DNA of 64,000 nucleotides from Naegleria gruberi (lineage: Eukaryota). Below are positions 42,465 through 55,314 of this stretch, one piece after another; within the stretch, counting starts at the first letter, position 1; every line of letters begins with the position of its first letter. The notes beneath the pieces are model-generated. The model did not search any database. It saw nothing but the letters and a program-made list of their open reading frames with translations, and was not told the DNA's origin. The position numbers and the translations under genes were made by a program. The stretch lies in NCBI GenBank assembly GCA_000004985.1, contig GG738857.1, one strand, 5' to 3'.

Positions 42465-43382
42465 GCCAAGAAACGATTTTTAGGTCTTGACCGCCAAATT
42501 TTGGAAAGATAACCGTTGCAGGTATGATTGAAAATTTTGAAATTCAAAAAATGGCTTCAAAACTTGCCCTTCTTGAAACACTTCTTATTGAACACATTCC
42601 AGAGGAAAAACTTCTTTCACTTGCCAGCAAATTGGACAAACAGGCCACCACGGTCATGACAAAGGAGCAATGTTGTAAATTATTATTGGCAGGTTGAGTG
42701 TAAAAAAGAAGGAAGCTATTGTTGTTCCGAAGCCAGTGCCAGAACCACAACAGGATGACACAGAAGATGAGGGTTATGAATCTAGAAAGTATCCCATTGT
42801 GAGAGTGATGCCTCCAGAAGTGCACATTAGGTTATCAAGACTTCATGGGTAAGTAATTTATACTTGGAATACAATTTGATGATAATTAACTTCTCAGTAT
42901 GAAATTAATCAAGAGACAACAGATAAGTACATGGTAAATATTGGTACAACCCCTAGCTGTAACTGTCCAGTTTTCACCCATTCATCATTGATTCATATCA
43001 ACATGTTAAAAAGCTCTTTGTCTATCTTAATGTACTGAACATTCCAAAAACCTCCTACATTATCTATCAAGAAGCTCTCTTAAAAAGAGAATGGAAGGGC
43101 ATATTCATGGAAAAATACCTTCCAATGAAGGTGGTGAAATGGATGATGAGTCTGGAGAGTTTGTTTCATACGATCCTGTTGATAACTATCAGGAGGAGTT
43201 AATGAGAGGAAAGAGAAAGAATTATGGAAGATCTGGTTTTTCCTCTTCTAAGAAAAGAAGATAGAGAAATTGAGGCAAACTTTTGAGAGAAGATTTCAAA
43301 AAACCATATTTGTTCTATTATTGGTCAATTTTCATCAACTTTCAGACTAATCCAGTTACACCATCGAATAGTCAAGAAAAAA

Positions 43383-45071
43383 ATGTCTCTTCACTTTCCA
43401 TCTGCTTTGCCTGATAACTTTTCATCACAACACAAAGCATCAACGCCAGACTATCACACTCTCTCGTGGTATCAACAAGAAATACAATCCGAAACTGTTC
43501 GACAACAGAATAAAACAATTCCTACTCTTCCACCAAAAACCTCACCTAGAAGAGTCAACAAACATCCAGTCACTAATCATGGTTGCATAGTATTGGACAA
43601 TGGAACAGAAAATATTAAAATTGGTTTATCAGGAACTGATTTTCCACAATTTATTATACCAACCATCATTGGTAAACATCAGAAATATGCACATTACAAT
43701 ACCTATGGAGAAGATGCACTCCATGCTCAGAGAGAAGCTAGTAGCACCTCTCAGAAACGTAGATCTGAAACCAACCCTTCACCAAATTATCAATTCATTT
43801 GTCCAATTGAGAAGGGAGTTGTAATTTCAATTGAAGAGATGGAAAACTTTTGGAATCACCTTTTTAAAGATAAGATGAGAGTGAATTTGAGAGAAAATGG
43901 GGTGGTCATGAATGAGAATATATCCATTTATCATTCTTTGGAATCTATTGGAGCTGTAGAAAAGTATAGAGAAGATTTGACTCAATTAATGTTTGAGAAA
44001 TTTGAAATTCCATTTTTGTATATGGCCATTCCTCAAGTCATGTCTCTGTATTCGAAAGGAAAAACAAGTGGATTTTGTGTGGATATGGGTCATTCATTGA
44101 CGAGTGGTATTTCTGTGTTGGATGGTATTGCATATTTTCAAGAAAATCAATCGAATAGTTATCCTACCTCTCTGACTCTTTCTCCATCAGAAAAGACCTA
44201 TTTCAATATTAATATAGGAGGCAGGGAACTATCAGAACACTTCTCCAAACTCATTCAAGACAATCCTCTCAACAATAATTTAAGAATTAGCACAAGTGCT
44301 GAAAGAGAATTCATTGAAGGATTGAAGAAACGTTCATGTTACTTGGCCACTGATTTTTCAAAGGAAGTTGCTAAATATCCGTCACCATACGATGACCAAG
44401 CAGCTATCTCTCCCAGAGGTCAATTATTGGAAGATGATGCCTTTCAACTTCCTGATGGAAAAACAATTTGGATTGGAAAGGAAAAATTTGTCTGTTGTGA
44501 AATGTTCTTCCAACCATCTCTGTACAATTTATCAAATGTTCACTCCTCGAGTACAACCTGTGCTCCAATGACAAGGAGAGGCAGATCCAGTTCAATCAAG
44601 AGGAGACTCACTTTAACAAACAGTTCTAAGGAAATGATAACCAAAGGCATGCATGAAATGATTCATGAATCCATATCTAATTTCTCCTCTCCAGATAAGA
44701 ATGAAGAAGATTACATACCTATTCAAGAAACATTATTGGGAAATATTCATGTATTTGGTGGAACCAGTTTGATGAAAGGTCTGGAGAATCGTTTATTGAG
44801 AGATGTCAAGAGAGAGTTAGCTCTTAGAAAGAGAATTTCAGTTTCTCAAACCAAAGTCAAAGTATTTTCACCTGATTCTTCATCAACTTGTGCTTCGACT
44901 TGTGATTTGGAGAATAGTGCATGGATTGGATCATCGATTTTATCAAGCTTTAATGATTTTCTTAATATGGATCAAGATTCAAGTCAATTTTCACATAATT
45001 TTGCCATGACAAGACGAGTTTATGAAGAAGAAGGCGCTCAAGCCATTCACAAGTATTACAATACTTGTTAA
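43383..45071 (+). CDS. Actin-related protein (divergent Arp with insertions).
   Basis: Actin-fold motifs: VLDNGTENIKIGLSG, DMGHSLTSGISVLDGIAY, VFGGTSLMKGLENRLLRDV and SAWIGSSILSSFNDF, corresponding to the phosphate-1, phosphate-2, adenosine and C-terminal actin motifs. Confidence 0.7.
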   Translation: MSLHFPSALPDNFSSQHKASTPDYHTLSWYQQEIQSETVRQQNKTIPTLPPKTSPRRVNKHPVTNHGCIVLDNGTENIKIGLSGTDFPQFIIPTIIGKHQKYAHYNTYGEDALHAQREASSTSQKRRSETNPSPNYQFICPIEKGVVISIEEMENFWNHLFKDKMRVNLRENGVVMNENISIYHSLESIGAVEKYREDLTQLMFEKFEIPFLYMAIPQVMSLYSKGKTSGFCVDMGHSLTSGISVLDGIAYFQENQSNSYPTSLTLSPSEKTYFNINIGGRELSEHFSKLIQDNPLNNNLRISTSAEREFIEGLKKRSCYLATDFSKEVAKYPSPYDDQAAISPRGQLLEDDAFQLPDGKTIWIGKEKFVCCEMFFQPSLYNLSNVHSSSTTCAPMTRRGRSSSIKRRLTLTNSSKEMITKGMHEMIHESISNFSSPDKNEEDYIPIQETLLGNIHVFGGTSLMKGLENRLLRDVKRELALRKRISVSQTKVKVFSPDSSSTCASTCDLENSAWIGSSILSSFNDFLNMDQDSSQFSHNFAMTRRVYEEEGAQAIHKYYNTC

Positions 45072-45281
45072 ATTATAAGTGATATTCTCATTACAATCAA
45101 TTTTGTAAATATATTTGTACATTTTTCACATGAAACGAGTTCTTTTAAACAATTCATAACATTAAACAATTTGCATTATCATTGTAATGCATCCACTGAG
45201 AATCTTTGAAAATCATGAAAATTCCACAAACAATTTCCATTCAAAATAAAAAAATTAAAATTTCACAACAATTAAAAAAAA

Positions 45282-46796
45282 ATGCAACAAGCTGGAAAGG
45301 GAATTTTTCATCAAATTTTAAAAAAACAATTTGCCTCTCATCATCTCGATCAAATCATCATCGGAGGAGAAGGAGGCCTGAGATGTTTTTCATCATGTCT
45401 CAACAAAACATCAGCAAAGGCTAAAATTTCCAAAAGAGCCACAGCCTTGGAAGAATCCATCTGGTCAACATACACTCCACTAGCTATTCAAACACAAAGT
45501 ATTAATTTGGCTCAAGGTTTTCCTGATTGGCCAGTTGATGATTTTGTTACACAAGCTTTTGCTAATCAAGCTTCTCAACCTTGTCATCAATATGCCAAAG
45601 CTCATGGTGATCCAGTGTTGATTAATGCTTTGCAAAGATTGTACAATGATAGATCATTGTCTGGATTTGAATATGGAAAGTATAGTCCTGATGAAATTTT
45701 GGTTACAAATGGTGCTTCCGATGCTCTTTATATTGCAATCATGTCAATTACAAATCCAGGAGATGAGGTTATTATTATTGAACCATTCTATGATGCTTAC
45801 AAGGTGAGTTTTTTGTGTTTTACATGATTGTGACTTGAATTTGTCAAGTCTGCTGTTGAATTGGCTGGTGCTAAACCAGTTTATATTCCATTGAGAGCTC
45901 CAGAAAAGGTAGGTGAAATAGTGTGGAAATTTAATTGACCATTAATAATATTTAACATGTAATAATTATCATCATCATGACATAAATAGTATTCGGATGA
46001 AAAAAGAAGTTCTCAAGAGTGGAAATTGGATTTGGATGAATTACGTTCCAAGATTACAAAGAAGACAAGAGCTATCATTCTCAATACTCCACACAATCCA
46101 ACTGGTAAAGTTTTTGATAGAAAGGAATTGGAAGAACTCTCACAAGTTGTTCTCCAACATAAGAATCTCTATGTTCTCAGTGATGAAGTTTATGAATTTT
46201 TGACATTTAACAGACCATATTGTGAAAGAATTTCTAATATTGACGGAATGTTTGATAGAACTCTTACCATTAGTTCAGTTGGTAAGACATTCTCAGTTAC
46301 TGGTTGGAAGATTGGTTGGATTTTGGGTAGTAAAAAACTCATGGATGCTTGTTACCTTGTCAACCAATATATCAAGTTCTGTATTTCAACACCACTCCAA
46401 AGATCCACAGCTGAATGTATTAATCATGCCATTGATAATGATTATTTCAATGTTGTTAGAAATAGATTGAGAGAAAGACGTGACTTGCTTTCAAACATGT
46501 TAATTGCCAACAATCTCAAACCACTCACACCTGAAGGAGGTTATTTCTTAATGACTGATGTTTCGAATGTTAAATTCCCATACGATCCAAATAATACTGA
46601 TACTAAGGATGTCCAATTCTGTAAATGGTTGCCCCAATCTGATGTTAGATTGGCTGCTATTCCACCATCTGCTTTCTATGGACCTGAAGACAAGCACTTG
46701 GCTAAGGAATATGCTAGATTCTGTTTCTGTAAGAAGGAAGATACTATTTTGTCTGCTGAAAAGCGTTTTGAAGTTCTCAAGAATTATACTTTATAA
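45282..46796 (+). CDS. Kynurenine/glutamine transaminase K-type class I aminotransferase (KAT/CCBL-like). Exons 45282-45803, 45849-45908, about 45990-46796. Introns 45 and about 81 bp.
   Basis: The spliced product aligns end to end with KAT I: LAQGFPDWPVDDF, DEVIIIEPFYDAYK|SAVELAGAKPVYIPLRAPEK|YSDEKRSSQEWKLDLDELRSKITKKTRAIILNTPHNPTGKVFDRKELEEL...LSDEVYEFLTF...RTLTISSVGKTFSVTGWKIGWILGS (the PLP-lysine SxGKTFSxTGW motif) ...YFLMTDVS...RLAAIPPSAFY...ARFCFCKKEDTILSAEKRF. A ~50-aa N-terminal extension may be a targeting peptide. Coordinates near 45990-46030 are uncertain by 1 nt. Confidence 0.8.
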
Positions 46797-47086
46797 ATCC
46801 TTGTCAAATATATTTGTTAATTCATTAAAGAATCGAATATTAATCTTCATTCTTTAAATTTGATTCATCTTGTGGTTGTTTCAAATCTGCCACCAACAGA
46901 GAATTATCTGCTTCCTCTCCAATAGTGTCTCCATTGAAACTCTTCATTGCAATTCTATAATGTTCCTTAGCCCACTGAGATACATTCCAAAACACTCCAA
47001 CCAAATTGAAATATAATCCTCTATACAATGGAGGAACCACTTTACAATTTTCATAGAATTTTCAGAATTTCCTCCAAATCAATAAT

Positions 47087-47800
47087 TCACTTACCCAAGA
47101 AATTAATAAAATTTGCAACTGGAACATATTTCATTCCATTCTGATGCACATCTCTAAATTCATTCTCAATTCGTTCCCTTAATTCTTTGGGAAAATTGTC
47201 AAATTTTTGATGGAATGCCTTTCCCTCCTCTTGTTCCTTCTCAAAATCATCAAATAATAAATCCAATGCACTCGTGGCAACAAAGAACATGAACGTAACC
47301 AATACTGAATAAGTAAATTGTTCCAGAACAACTCGTTTGGCACTCCATTTAAGGTGATCTTTTGAAAATTTGTTCATCCAATCCAAATGCAAGACTTTCA
47401 TCCACTTTTTAGAGTTTCCACTATTACCATTCAATGTTTCAGATGCAATATACTTGTTTAGGAAGGGAATTTTTCTGAATGGCAAAGTAATTGTCTGATG
47501 ATTCGTTGTTGAGTTTATCACAATTCTTGGTAGCATTCTATCCAGAGCTCGAAACCAAAAATGCAGAGAAGGACCAAGTAATATCGTCCCATAGGTAAAT
47601 AATTTTATGGAACGCAGTATTTCATGTGTATGGGAATCGACTTGTTTCGTCTCTCTATCCGAAATAAATTGTTTATGTTGAGTGAAAGCATCGGAAGTGG
47701 TAATGCAAACACCACAAGTGAGTCCTTTCGTTGTGATTGGATACTTGATGAGCATTTGTGAGTAGAAATCCCAAGATTTACGAAAGAAAGAGGTGGACAT
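47087..47800 (-). CDS. Mpv17/PMP22-family peroxisomal or mitochondrial inner-membrane protein-like.
   Basis: ATG at 47800, 237 aa. MSTSFFRKSWDFYSQMLIKYPITTKGLTCGVCITTSDAFTQ resembles the Mpv17/PMP22 N-terminal signature (Y...L...P..T...T.G.L...GD...Q). It has four predicted hydrophobic helices. Confidence 0.5.
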   Translation of the reverse strand: MSTSFFRKSWDFYSQMLIKYPITTKGLTCGVCITTSDAFTQHKQFISDRETKQVDSHTHEILRSIKLFTYGTILLGPSLHFWFRALDRMLPRIVINSTTNHQTITLPFRKIPFLNKYIASETLNGNSGNSKKWMKVLHLDWMNKFSKDHLKWSAKRVVLEQFTYSVLVTFMFFVATSALDLLFDDFEKEQEEGKAFHQKFDNFPKELRERIENEFRDVHQNGMKYVPVANFINFLGK

Positions 47801-48080
47801 GCTTGTGTGAATTTTTTCTTCTGATTCTTTCGAACCATTTCGTTAACATTCAACTGATTTTCCTCCAATTTTCTCTAAAATGGAAATTTTAAAAAGGAGG
47901 GTCTATTGAAGGAGCAATGGATTAATGTAGCTTTGTTTCCATTACATGTATTTGCAAACATTAGTTTAATTTCCAATAATTTTAAAAAATTAAAAATGAA
48001 TTGATTCGAACTTTAGTTTAATTTCCAATAATTTTTAAATTAATTTATTAATGTCCAATGAATTCATTAAAATTGTGTAC

Positions 48081-48629
48081 TTAATTAGCAAAAGACAAGG
48101 CACAAACTTGATTCCTCATCACATAGTACACCTTTTGATCAACCAAAACTCTATACGAATAATCATCCTTAGCCGAAACATAAATTGGTTCACTCAAAAC
48201 CAAAGCAACTTGTCCAGCACTCAACAAACCTTGAGAAACTTGCACTGCAGCACTTGAAAACAAACTAGCTCCACCATTATTACATGATTTTACAACATCT
48301 CCACTTCTATAAATTCTGTCATATGCATTACAGGCATATTTGACAGATAAATATCCACTGACACCGAATGCATCGACATGATAATAACTCTCTCCACAGG
48401 AACCTTTGATTGGTAAGCTGGTTACATTGACACGAGTGAGAGGAGCTACGGAAATGTGAAAATCTTGGGAGCATGGTGTGTCGAGAATTGGAATGAAATT
48501 GTCCTTGGTTTCGTGTGGACACACTTCAAGGAATGAGAATGGGAGTTGGGCAGTGATGAAGGTAGTGGTGATGAGCAATGTAATGGCCAATAGAATGGAG
48601 AGTTTCATGTTAATGGTGAAGGAATGCAT
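48081..48629 (-). CDS. Small secreted Cys-containing protein with a signal peptide.
   Basis: MKLSILLAITLLITTTFITAQ is a signal-peptide-like N-terminus. The ~170-aa product has several cysteines. No family recognised. Confidence 0.4.
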   Translation of the reverse strand: MHSFTINMKLSILLAITLLITTTFITAQLPFSFLEVCPHETKDNFIPILDTPCSQDFHISVAPLTRVNVTSLPIKGSCGESYYHVDAFGVSGYLSVKYACNAYDRIYRSGDVVKSCNNGGASLFSSAAVQVSQGLLSAGQVALVLSEPIYVSAKDDYSYRVLVDQKVYYVMRNQVCALSFAN

Positions 48630-49021
48630 TTTGTGTTGTTTCTTTTTTGTTGTGTGAAAAATTCGAGTTGGGTTTTTGTTGCATCTTTCGAGTTTACTGT
48701 GAGAAAACGATGCTATCGAAGTGGGTACCAGATAAAGATGCGACCTTGAAAGTGGTTTACGGTTGTGTTGTAAGCTAAATGAGTTGCTAAATATGGAAGA
48801 GTGAATAGTTCAGAGATAATTGATGAAGGCGTGCAATATTTAAATGTTGGGTATTTGATTGATATTATGTGTTAAGCATGTTGTAATGCAATAGATTTTT
48901 CATTGATATTTTCACAACCATCTAAAAAGGAAAGAATGAGAGCTGAAGTGCAACTCTGCAACTTTGATATTCTCCGTATTACATATTACAGGTGTATTTG
49001 TAGATGTTAAAACTGTACAAT

Positions 49022-50554
49022 TTATAAACCTAAGAGTTTCTTGACTTCTGTAATCAATTTTGGATCACTGGATTGCAGAGCTTGCATACCTGGTCCAGAA
49101 GTAAATGTCTTGGCATCAGAGATGAGAGCTTGGGCAATTTCCTTAATTTCAGAGGAGCCAGATGTTGATGATTTGGCAATTCTGTACATGCTCAGAAGCA
49201 TCTTGTGGGCGACATCCTTACTCTTCTCTGCTGTAATGTATTCCAACATGGAGGAGAGTAATTGAATTTCTTCATCTGAGTTTTGGTGAGATAAATAGAG
49301 AGTGAGATTGCATGATAAACTGGCAGCAGTTAATCTGACACCTTCCAATTCTGAGCCCAACGATGTCGAAATGATATCAACAACTTTGGCTAATCTTGTT
49401 GAATCCTTGGTAATATATTTTACAGTGTCTGGTGTTAATGATTGTGCACTATAGTACTTGTCAAAAATGTTACAATACAATCTGAGAACCATCAATTGGG
49501 TTGGCATTGAACAGGAAGACCATTTAGAAACAAATCTCTCCTCAATAATATCCATCAATGCCTTGTGTTCACCAATAGTAATGGCCTTGGAAAACTTGCT
49601 TGTCAATACCAACAATCTGACCAAATCCAAAATTGGGAAGACTTCATTTTCCTTAGCTCCTCCAATTAATTTCTTCAACAATTCAAATGTTTCATTATTT
49701 ACAAGTGTGCTCTTGGTATCATCTTGTTGTGGTAATTGCAAGTATTGTTCCAATTGGTTCAAAACTCTAATATCTCCCTTCAATTCATCCAAAAGACTGG
49801 CCTGTGTTGTCTTTAACTTGGCAACAACTTGTGGCACATTGGATTTGTTATATTTGTAAATTTCAGCTGGATCATTATAGGTATCAATAGGTGGTGGAGT
49901 TGCTTGTGGAGTAGAATTAGAACCACCATAAGGATTATAATTTCCAGTATTCATTCCTCCCATGAATTGATTCATCATTTGTGACACCATTGGATTATTC
50001 ATCATTTGAGATAAAAATTGTGGATCCATCATATTGCCCATATTTCCCATATTTCCCAAACCACCAGGTAAACCTCCTTGTTGTTGTTGAGGGCTGGATG
50101 AACCACCCATCATGTTATCAATCATTGGTCTAACCATTTGTCCCAAAGGTGTTTCAAAGAATTCTCTTGGCAATCCTAAAATATCATCTGGAATATTCTT
50201 GCCCAAAAGGAAGTTTGAGCATTCATTGGAGAAATTATTACAATTATTTTCAAATAAATTATATTGATCCATTCTAAATCTCTCTGATCCGATAGCTTGA
50301 ACATATTCTTCAAAAAGTGGTTTTTGAATTTGAGTATCACCCAAATGAATTCTTCTCACAGGTTGTCCATACGGAGTAGTAAGAGGTTGCATCACTTGAA
50401 CACCTCCTCCGAAGAAGTACTCGCTACCATACACGACAATACTTGTATGCCAAATACCTGGAAAATGTTTACCAGTAAATTGTTGAGAAAATGTTGCTGC
50501 AAGACCCATGGAAAGATCATAGACATACAACTCGACTCGGAATGTTTGACTCAT
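49022..50554 (-). CDS. PPPDE/DeSI-type (desumoylating isopeptidase-like) peptidase domain protein with a Q/G/M-rich linker and a C-terminal helical-repeat region.
   Basis: The N-terminus MSQTFRVELYVYDLSMGLAATFSQQFTGKHFPGIWHTSIVVYGSEYFFGGG...NCNNFSNECSNFLLG matches the PPPDE fold, with the catalytic His in GIWHTSIVVYG and the Cys in NCNNFSNE. The C-terminal 300 aa are alpha-helical and armadillo/PUL-like. Confidence 0.6.
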   Translation of the reverse strand: MSQTFRVELYVYDLSMGLAATFSQQFTGKHFPGIWHTSIVVYGSEYFFGGGVQVMQPLTTPYGQPVRRIHLGDTQIQKPLFEEYVQAIGSERFRMDQYNLFENNCNNFSNECSNFLLGKNIPDDILGLPREFFETPLGQMVRPMIDNMMGGSSSPQQQQGGLPGGLGNMGNMGNMMDPQFLSQMMNNPMVSQMMNQFMGGMNTGNYNPYGGSNSTPQATPPPIDTYNDPAEIYKYNKSNVPQVVAKLKTTQASLLDELKGDIRVLNQLEQYLQLPQQDDTKSTLVNNETFELLKKLIGGAKENEVFPILDLVRLLVLTSKFSKAITIGEHKALMDIIEERFVSKWSSCSMPTQLMVLRLYCNIFDKYYSAQSLTPDTVKYITKDSTRLAKVVDIISTSLGSELEGVRLTAASLSCNLTLYLSHQNSDEEIQLLSSMLEYITAEKSKDVAHKMLLSMYRIAKSSTSGSSEIKEIAQALISDAKTFTSGPGMQALQSSDPKLITEVKKLLGL

Positions 50555-51306
50555 TGTTTAACCTTCAATTAATAATAATATACTGTTATTTGATTAAATT
50601 TGAAAAACAAAAATTCGTCGTCGGTAAGATTCGAAGATGTTTTTGCTTTTTTTTTAAAATTTAAATTTAGAAAAGAAATCCGAGTCAAGTTTTGAGGTAA
50701 CAAAGTTTATGCGCTTAATTGTACGCTAGTGAATTTGAAAGAAAGTGGAATGGTTCAAGTCAATTGAATGGTTTTCAATCAAAAACATGGACATTTTGTT
50801 AAGGATTTAAATTTGGTTGTTCCTTTAATCATTAGAAATTTGAAAAACTGTAAATACTCATTTTGTGAGTTTCCTCTCTTGAGTGCCCTATTGATGAGTA
50901 ACCTTCTTAAACTCATACAAGTGATTTCATCATCCTCTATATGTACTGGATAGAAATCACTGCTTAGATTCTCTATATGTACTGGACAGGAATGAAGAAC
51001 TAACACTCAATACATTGTAATTGTCAGTAATATTGTCCTTGCTTTTGTTCGATTTTTGTTCGGGTTGCTTCACATCGATTAAGGACCAACCAACTAACGC
51101 CACTTCCAATTAATTAACCTTCTTAATATCAACGGTCATATAACCTCATAATCATGCGATGTTATTTTTCACCGCGTTTCATTCTTGCTTGTTTTTCAAT
51201 TTGTAAACTCACGTTAAAAAAAATACAATAACATCAACAACACCACATATCAACAACAACAACATGAGCAACAACAAAATCAAAACAAAACAAACAAGTA
51301 TTTTCT

Positions 51307-52068
51307 ATGGTCACCAACAAAACAGAAGTAACGTTTGAAGTATACAGGTTGAGCAAAAGTAAGAGGGTAGCTATGAATAAATCGTTGGAGAAGAATAACA
51401 ATACAAACAAAATACGTTTTGTTGTAGAGAAGGTTGATGATTTGAAAACAGCTAAACGCCAAGTAACAAACATTCTTGAAGGCAGTGAAGAGAGTAAGAA
51501 AGTGAACATACCATTAGAGAAAAGACAACAACTTGAATACTTTTTTGATACTTCCCTACCAACAATAACACTGCGTGAGATAATGGATGAAAAATATTCT
51601 GATGAATATTATGCAACAAGATACCTAAAGGTACTTCCGAGAACTATTGAGGAGGTAGTTATTAGAAATGCTCAGCCAGATACAACCCATAATGTCAAGT
51701 GGCATCATCAACATTATGTTTCTGTAACAGATGATCACGAAGCAAAGCTATTCTTTGATTATCAAATACAAAAGGCGAAACCATATAGCATTTTAAAAGA
51801 AGAGATGTTGATTGAGGGTGGCATTGCAAGGGAAGGAAGAATAGTTCCAAAGATAACATATCATTGGTTGTTTGCTGGAAATTATAGCCTTCCTCCTTTG
51901 TTTAGTGATAAGTGGTATGCATTTAAATGGAAGCATGATGGTATTTTATGGAAATTTGGAATTAATCAATTTAAATTAATTTACAAACCTGAAGAGAAGA
52001 TGATTAGAATTGAATTTGATTATTTCTGCTCTATGCTTGATGAATCTGTTAAATGGAATAAATATTAA
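51307..52068 (+). CDS. Hypothetical protein (253 aa), family unrecognised.
   Basis: ATG-initiated ORF with reasonable amino-acid complexity (..KWHHQHYVSVTDDHEAKLFFDYQIQKAKPYSILKEEMLIEGGIAREGRIVPKITYHWLFAGNYSLPPLF..). Confidence 0.4.
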   Translation: MVTNKTEVTFEVYRLSKSKRVAMNKSLEKNNNTNKIRFVVEKVDDLKTAKRQVTNILEGSEESKKVNIPLEKRQQLEYFFDTSLPTITLREIMDEKYSDEYYATRYLKVLPRTIEEVVIRNAQPDTTHNVKWHHQHYVSVTDDHEAKLFFDYQIQKAKPYSILKEEMLIEGGIAREGRIVPKITYHWLFAGNYSLPPLFSDKWYAFKWKHDGILWKFGINQFKLIYKPEEKMIRIEFDYFCSMLDESVKWNKY

Positions 52069-54510
52069 ACAATTATTATAATTTAAATTATTCCTTTTAT
52101 TGTATAAAAAGGAGTTTGGTGATGGATTGGAGGATGAAAAGAATGAAAATGGAGATGTTGGTTGGTTATTGGAATTTTGGGAAGGATTGAATTGTTAAAT
52201 TATTTGTTAGTGGAGGTTGAGTTGAAGAGGATGAATATATATAGGAGGTGAGGAGTGTTGATTGTGTAATGCAAGTGAATTAAAATTATCTGGAAGTGGA
52301 GGTTGTAATAGGGAACTTGTAATAATATTAGAAGTCTCAGCAAGGATCTTCAATTCATTAAGAATTCTTTTGCTGTCATAAAGCAAAGAATCATAAGGAT
52401 GTCTTAAGCCACCATTAAATCCAAATGAAACATGACACTTCCTTCTTAAAGAATTTTTAGATTCAGATCCAATGTTTGACGTTGTTATGAATGATTCTTC
52501 TACTTCATCGAACACAATATCTGCATGTTGATGAATATGTAAATGTTCTGATATTCTTCCTAAAATATCTTTTATCCAAACCTTATTTAAATTCTTAAAT
52601 ATTAACAATGGCTCTTGATATCCAGTTTTCTTCCATTCTAACCATTAAAAGGATTGACAAACTTGTAATTGTTTGTTTTCTCGATGTGAACCAATGAGGA
52701 TACCAAACATCTATTGTCATTGGGAAGAATGTCTTCATCTTCAATGGTACATATAGTAGTCCATTAAACAAACTCTGATGTTTTTTTTAAAATGTTTGAA
52801 GTAGCTCTTTTCTTTTGTTCAATCAGCCAAAGTGTTTGTTAAGCCAATCAACATGAATGTGAAGTTATTAATATTAATACAAAACTGAAAACCAGTTGCC
52901 AAAATGCCCATCCATTGTTGTTTAACCACTATTCAAGCACTAAATCTCTGCCCCAAACGCAAGACATATGCCTCTGCGTTGAAATGGAAAGCATAGTTGT
53001 TTAGCACCTTGTTAGTGATGTTGTTTTAGTACAACTTGGAATAATTAAGCACTGATATAGTGAATGTTGATTGAAATTGTCTTTGTTTGAGTAATTGGAA
53101 CAGTTGATGAAGTAGTATACACTACAACACCTAAGGTAATGTTACTATTACCCCACAAAGATTACCCGCAGAAGCTTTGGACTACAATTTTGCACTCAGC
53201 AGCAATAAGAGTTACAAATGTCCTCCTTGCATCATATTTACGTGAATACTGAAACATAACATCTTAAACCAAATAAGCCCATGATTCTTGAAACGTAAAC
53301 CTAGAAGTTGAATAATAGGGTGGTAGTGTGACAACAAACAAAAAGTATATCTGAAATATCATTAGCCAGCTCAGCACTAGTGAACTTGGCATCTCGTATT
53401 GGATCGAACAAGTAGATTTCACTACTAGTAGCCAACTCTACATAGTAATAATACCCAGTGTCCTCTTTGGAGATATGATTCAATCATGATTGGAATGAAA
53501 ACACTGGTGTTGAATTGCACTCGAAACATTACAGCCTGAACAAAAGCATACAACATATTATTATTAAAAGTGGACAAAAACAACAGATATATGACTCATG
53601 CTACTTGTATAGATGAATTCTTTTTGATAGGGTTTTGGTTAAGGTTTGGTATTGAGAGTGGAATCACCAGCAGCATCTTTTGTTTGGTTATTGGAAATAT
53701 TAAAAAAGCCTCCACATATGCAATTACTGGAGCAACCAATACAAGTAGCCAGAAAAAGATCTATCACATTCAATGTGAAACATCACTGATTTCTAAATGT
53801 GCATTCTTTCAACATTGAATAGGGTGGGTTTGATTGTGGAGAAAGAATTTAATGTTGAGAAATATTTTGAACCCAACAATTACAATGCATGTTAACTTCT
53901 GAATAATTTCCTAATGATTTTTCAATATTGATATAAGTTGATTGCTGTCATGGCATCCTCTTTTTTTGCAAGATGGATAAGAATTATGTTAGTCGTTGAA
54001 AACCATCTGAATCATCAAAGTAAAACAATTACTTTACAATAGCTCCGAATACCTGATGTTGTTGAAAATCAACAGCCTGATCATTAGATATATTCTTCTT
54101 GGGTGAGAGATTGATTATATGAACATTGCCATCAATTATCAAACATTCAAGATAATGAAAAGAATAAATTGTCAATGCATAGTAGTTGAATGATCTTTCC
54201 TGTTGATTAATATGATGTACGGAAGAACAGAGTAAACAGAAAAACTTTGGACAGAAGGAAAAGGAATTAAAATAACGTCATCAACTCACAACAACAACAC
54301 TAATTATACTCCTACAAGAGGATGTATAAGTGTGTTATTATCAAATCAAGCCCACCGAGAGTGCTTTCATCTATTACTGTTGTGCTTCTCGAATAAAATT
54401 CGAGGTTAAAGTGTGGAGACATTTTTTTAATACAATTAAATTATTTATAAAAATTATTTAAAATTTAATGATTTTATTCTTAATACTTTTCTCTCCTCTA
54501 TATCATGGTT

Positions 54511-54644
54511 TTACCCCAAGTCTGCTCTATGAGTAAAGAATACAACGGAATATCTAAGATCATCTTTACCATGAGGTGATTCAACAGCATGTAAATTGTT
54601 CTTACCATCAAACAATAAAACATCTGCTGATTGAAACAATTAAA
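54511..54644 (-). CDS. Terminal exon fragment resembling the C-terminus of a 2OG-Fe(II) (AlkB-like) dioxygenase. Gene model incomplete.
   Basis: Minus-strand translation ..DVLLFDGKNNLHAVESPHGKDDLRYSVVFFTHRADLG* shows a His followed by R.S..F, as in the AlkB-family C-terminal motif. Upstream exons were not resolved. Confidence 0.25.
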
Positions 54645-55314
54645 CAATAGTATTGGTAATTGTTTTATTGTTTAATATTTTGTTGTTGGGCAGAATCAAC
54701 ACTGGTAGAATGAAATTCCGTCAAACAAAGTTTTATATCATACTATTGTCCATTTCCACAACAATGCCACATTGACAGTTTTCCAACTTTTCCATTAAAT
54801 CCAACGGTGAAAATTTGACTTGTCCTAATTTAATATATTAATTTCCACAAATAAAATTATTATATTGATATGGAAAACAACAATAATGTTGGTTGGTGAA
54901 ATGTTCTGATGATGATTCATCAACTTGTGATTTTTCATCACGAAAAATAAATTCCAAAATAATGATGAAAATACTCCAATAAAAATTACTATTATTACTA
55001 CTAAATTGATGTCTAGATGATGTGAAAGTTTGGTACTTTCTTGCTGAGAAACCACTTCGAAAATCAGCAAGGTGGCAAAGAGCCATTTTCTCAATTTTTT
55101 TACGAATATTTTGGTGGGGAATAACCTAACTTGAATCTTTCTACAATTCCTTGGCAAACTTGTGAAACATCAATAGTAAAGAAGGCAAAATCATATGCAA
55201 CCTTTTTGATATCTCTACTCATTTCCCTACCATCGACAAGAGCATTGAAATTATAATCCAAACGATTACTGAAACACTATTCACAATTCTCAAAAACACT
55301 GTCTTTGACCAATA

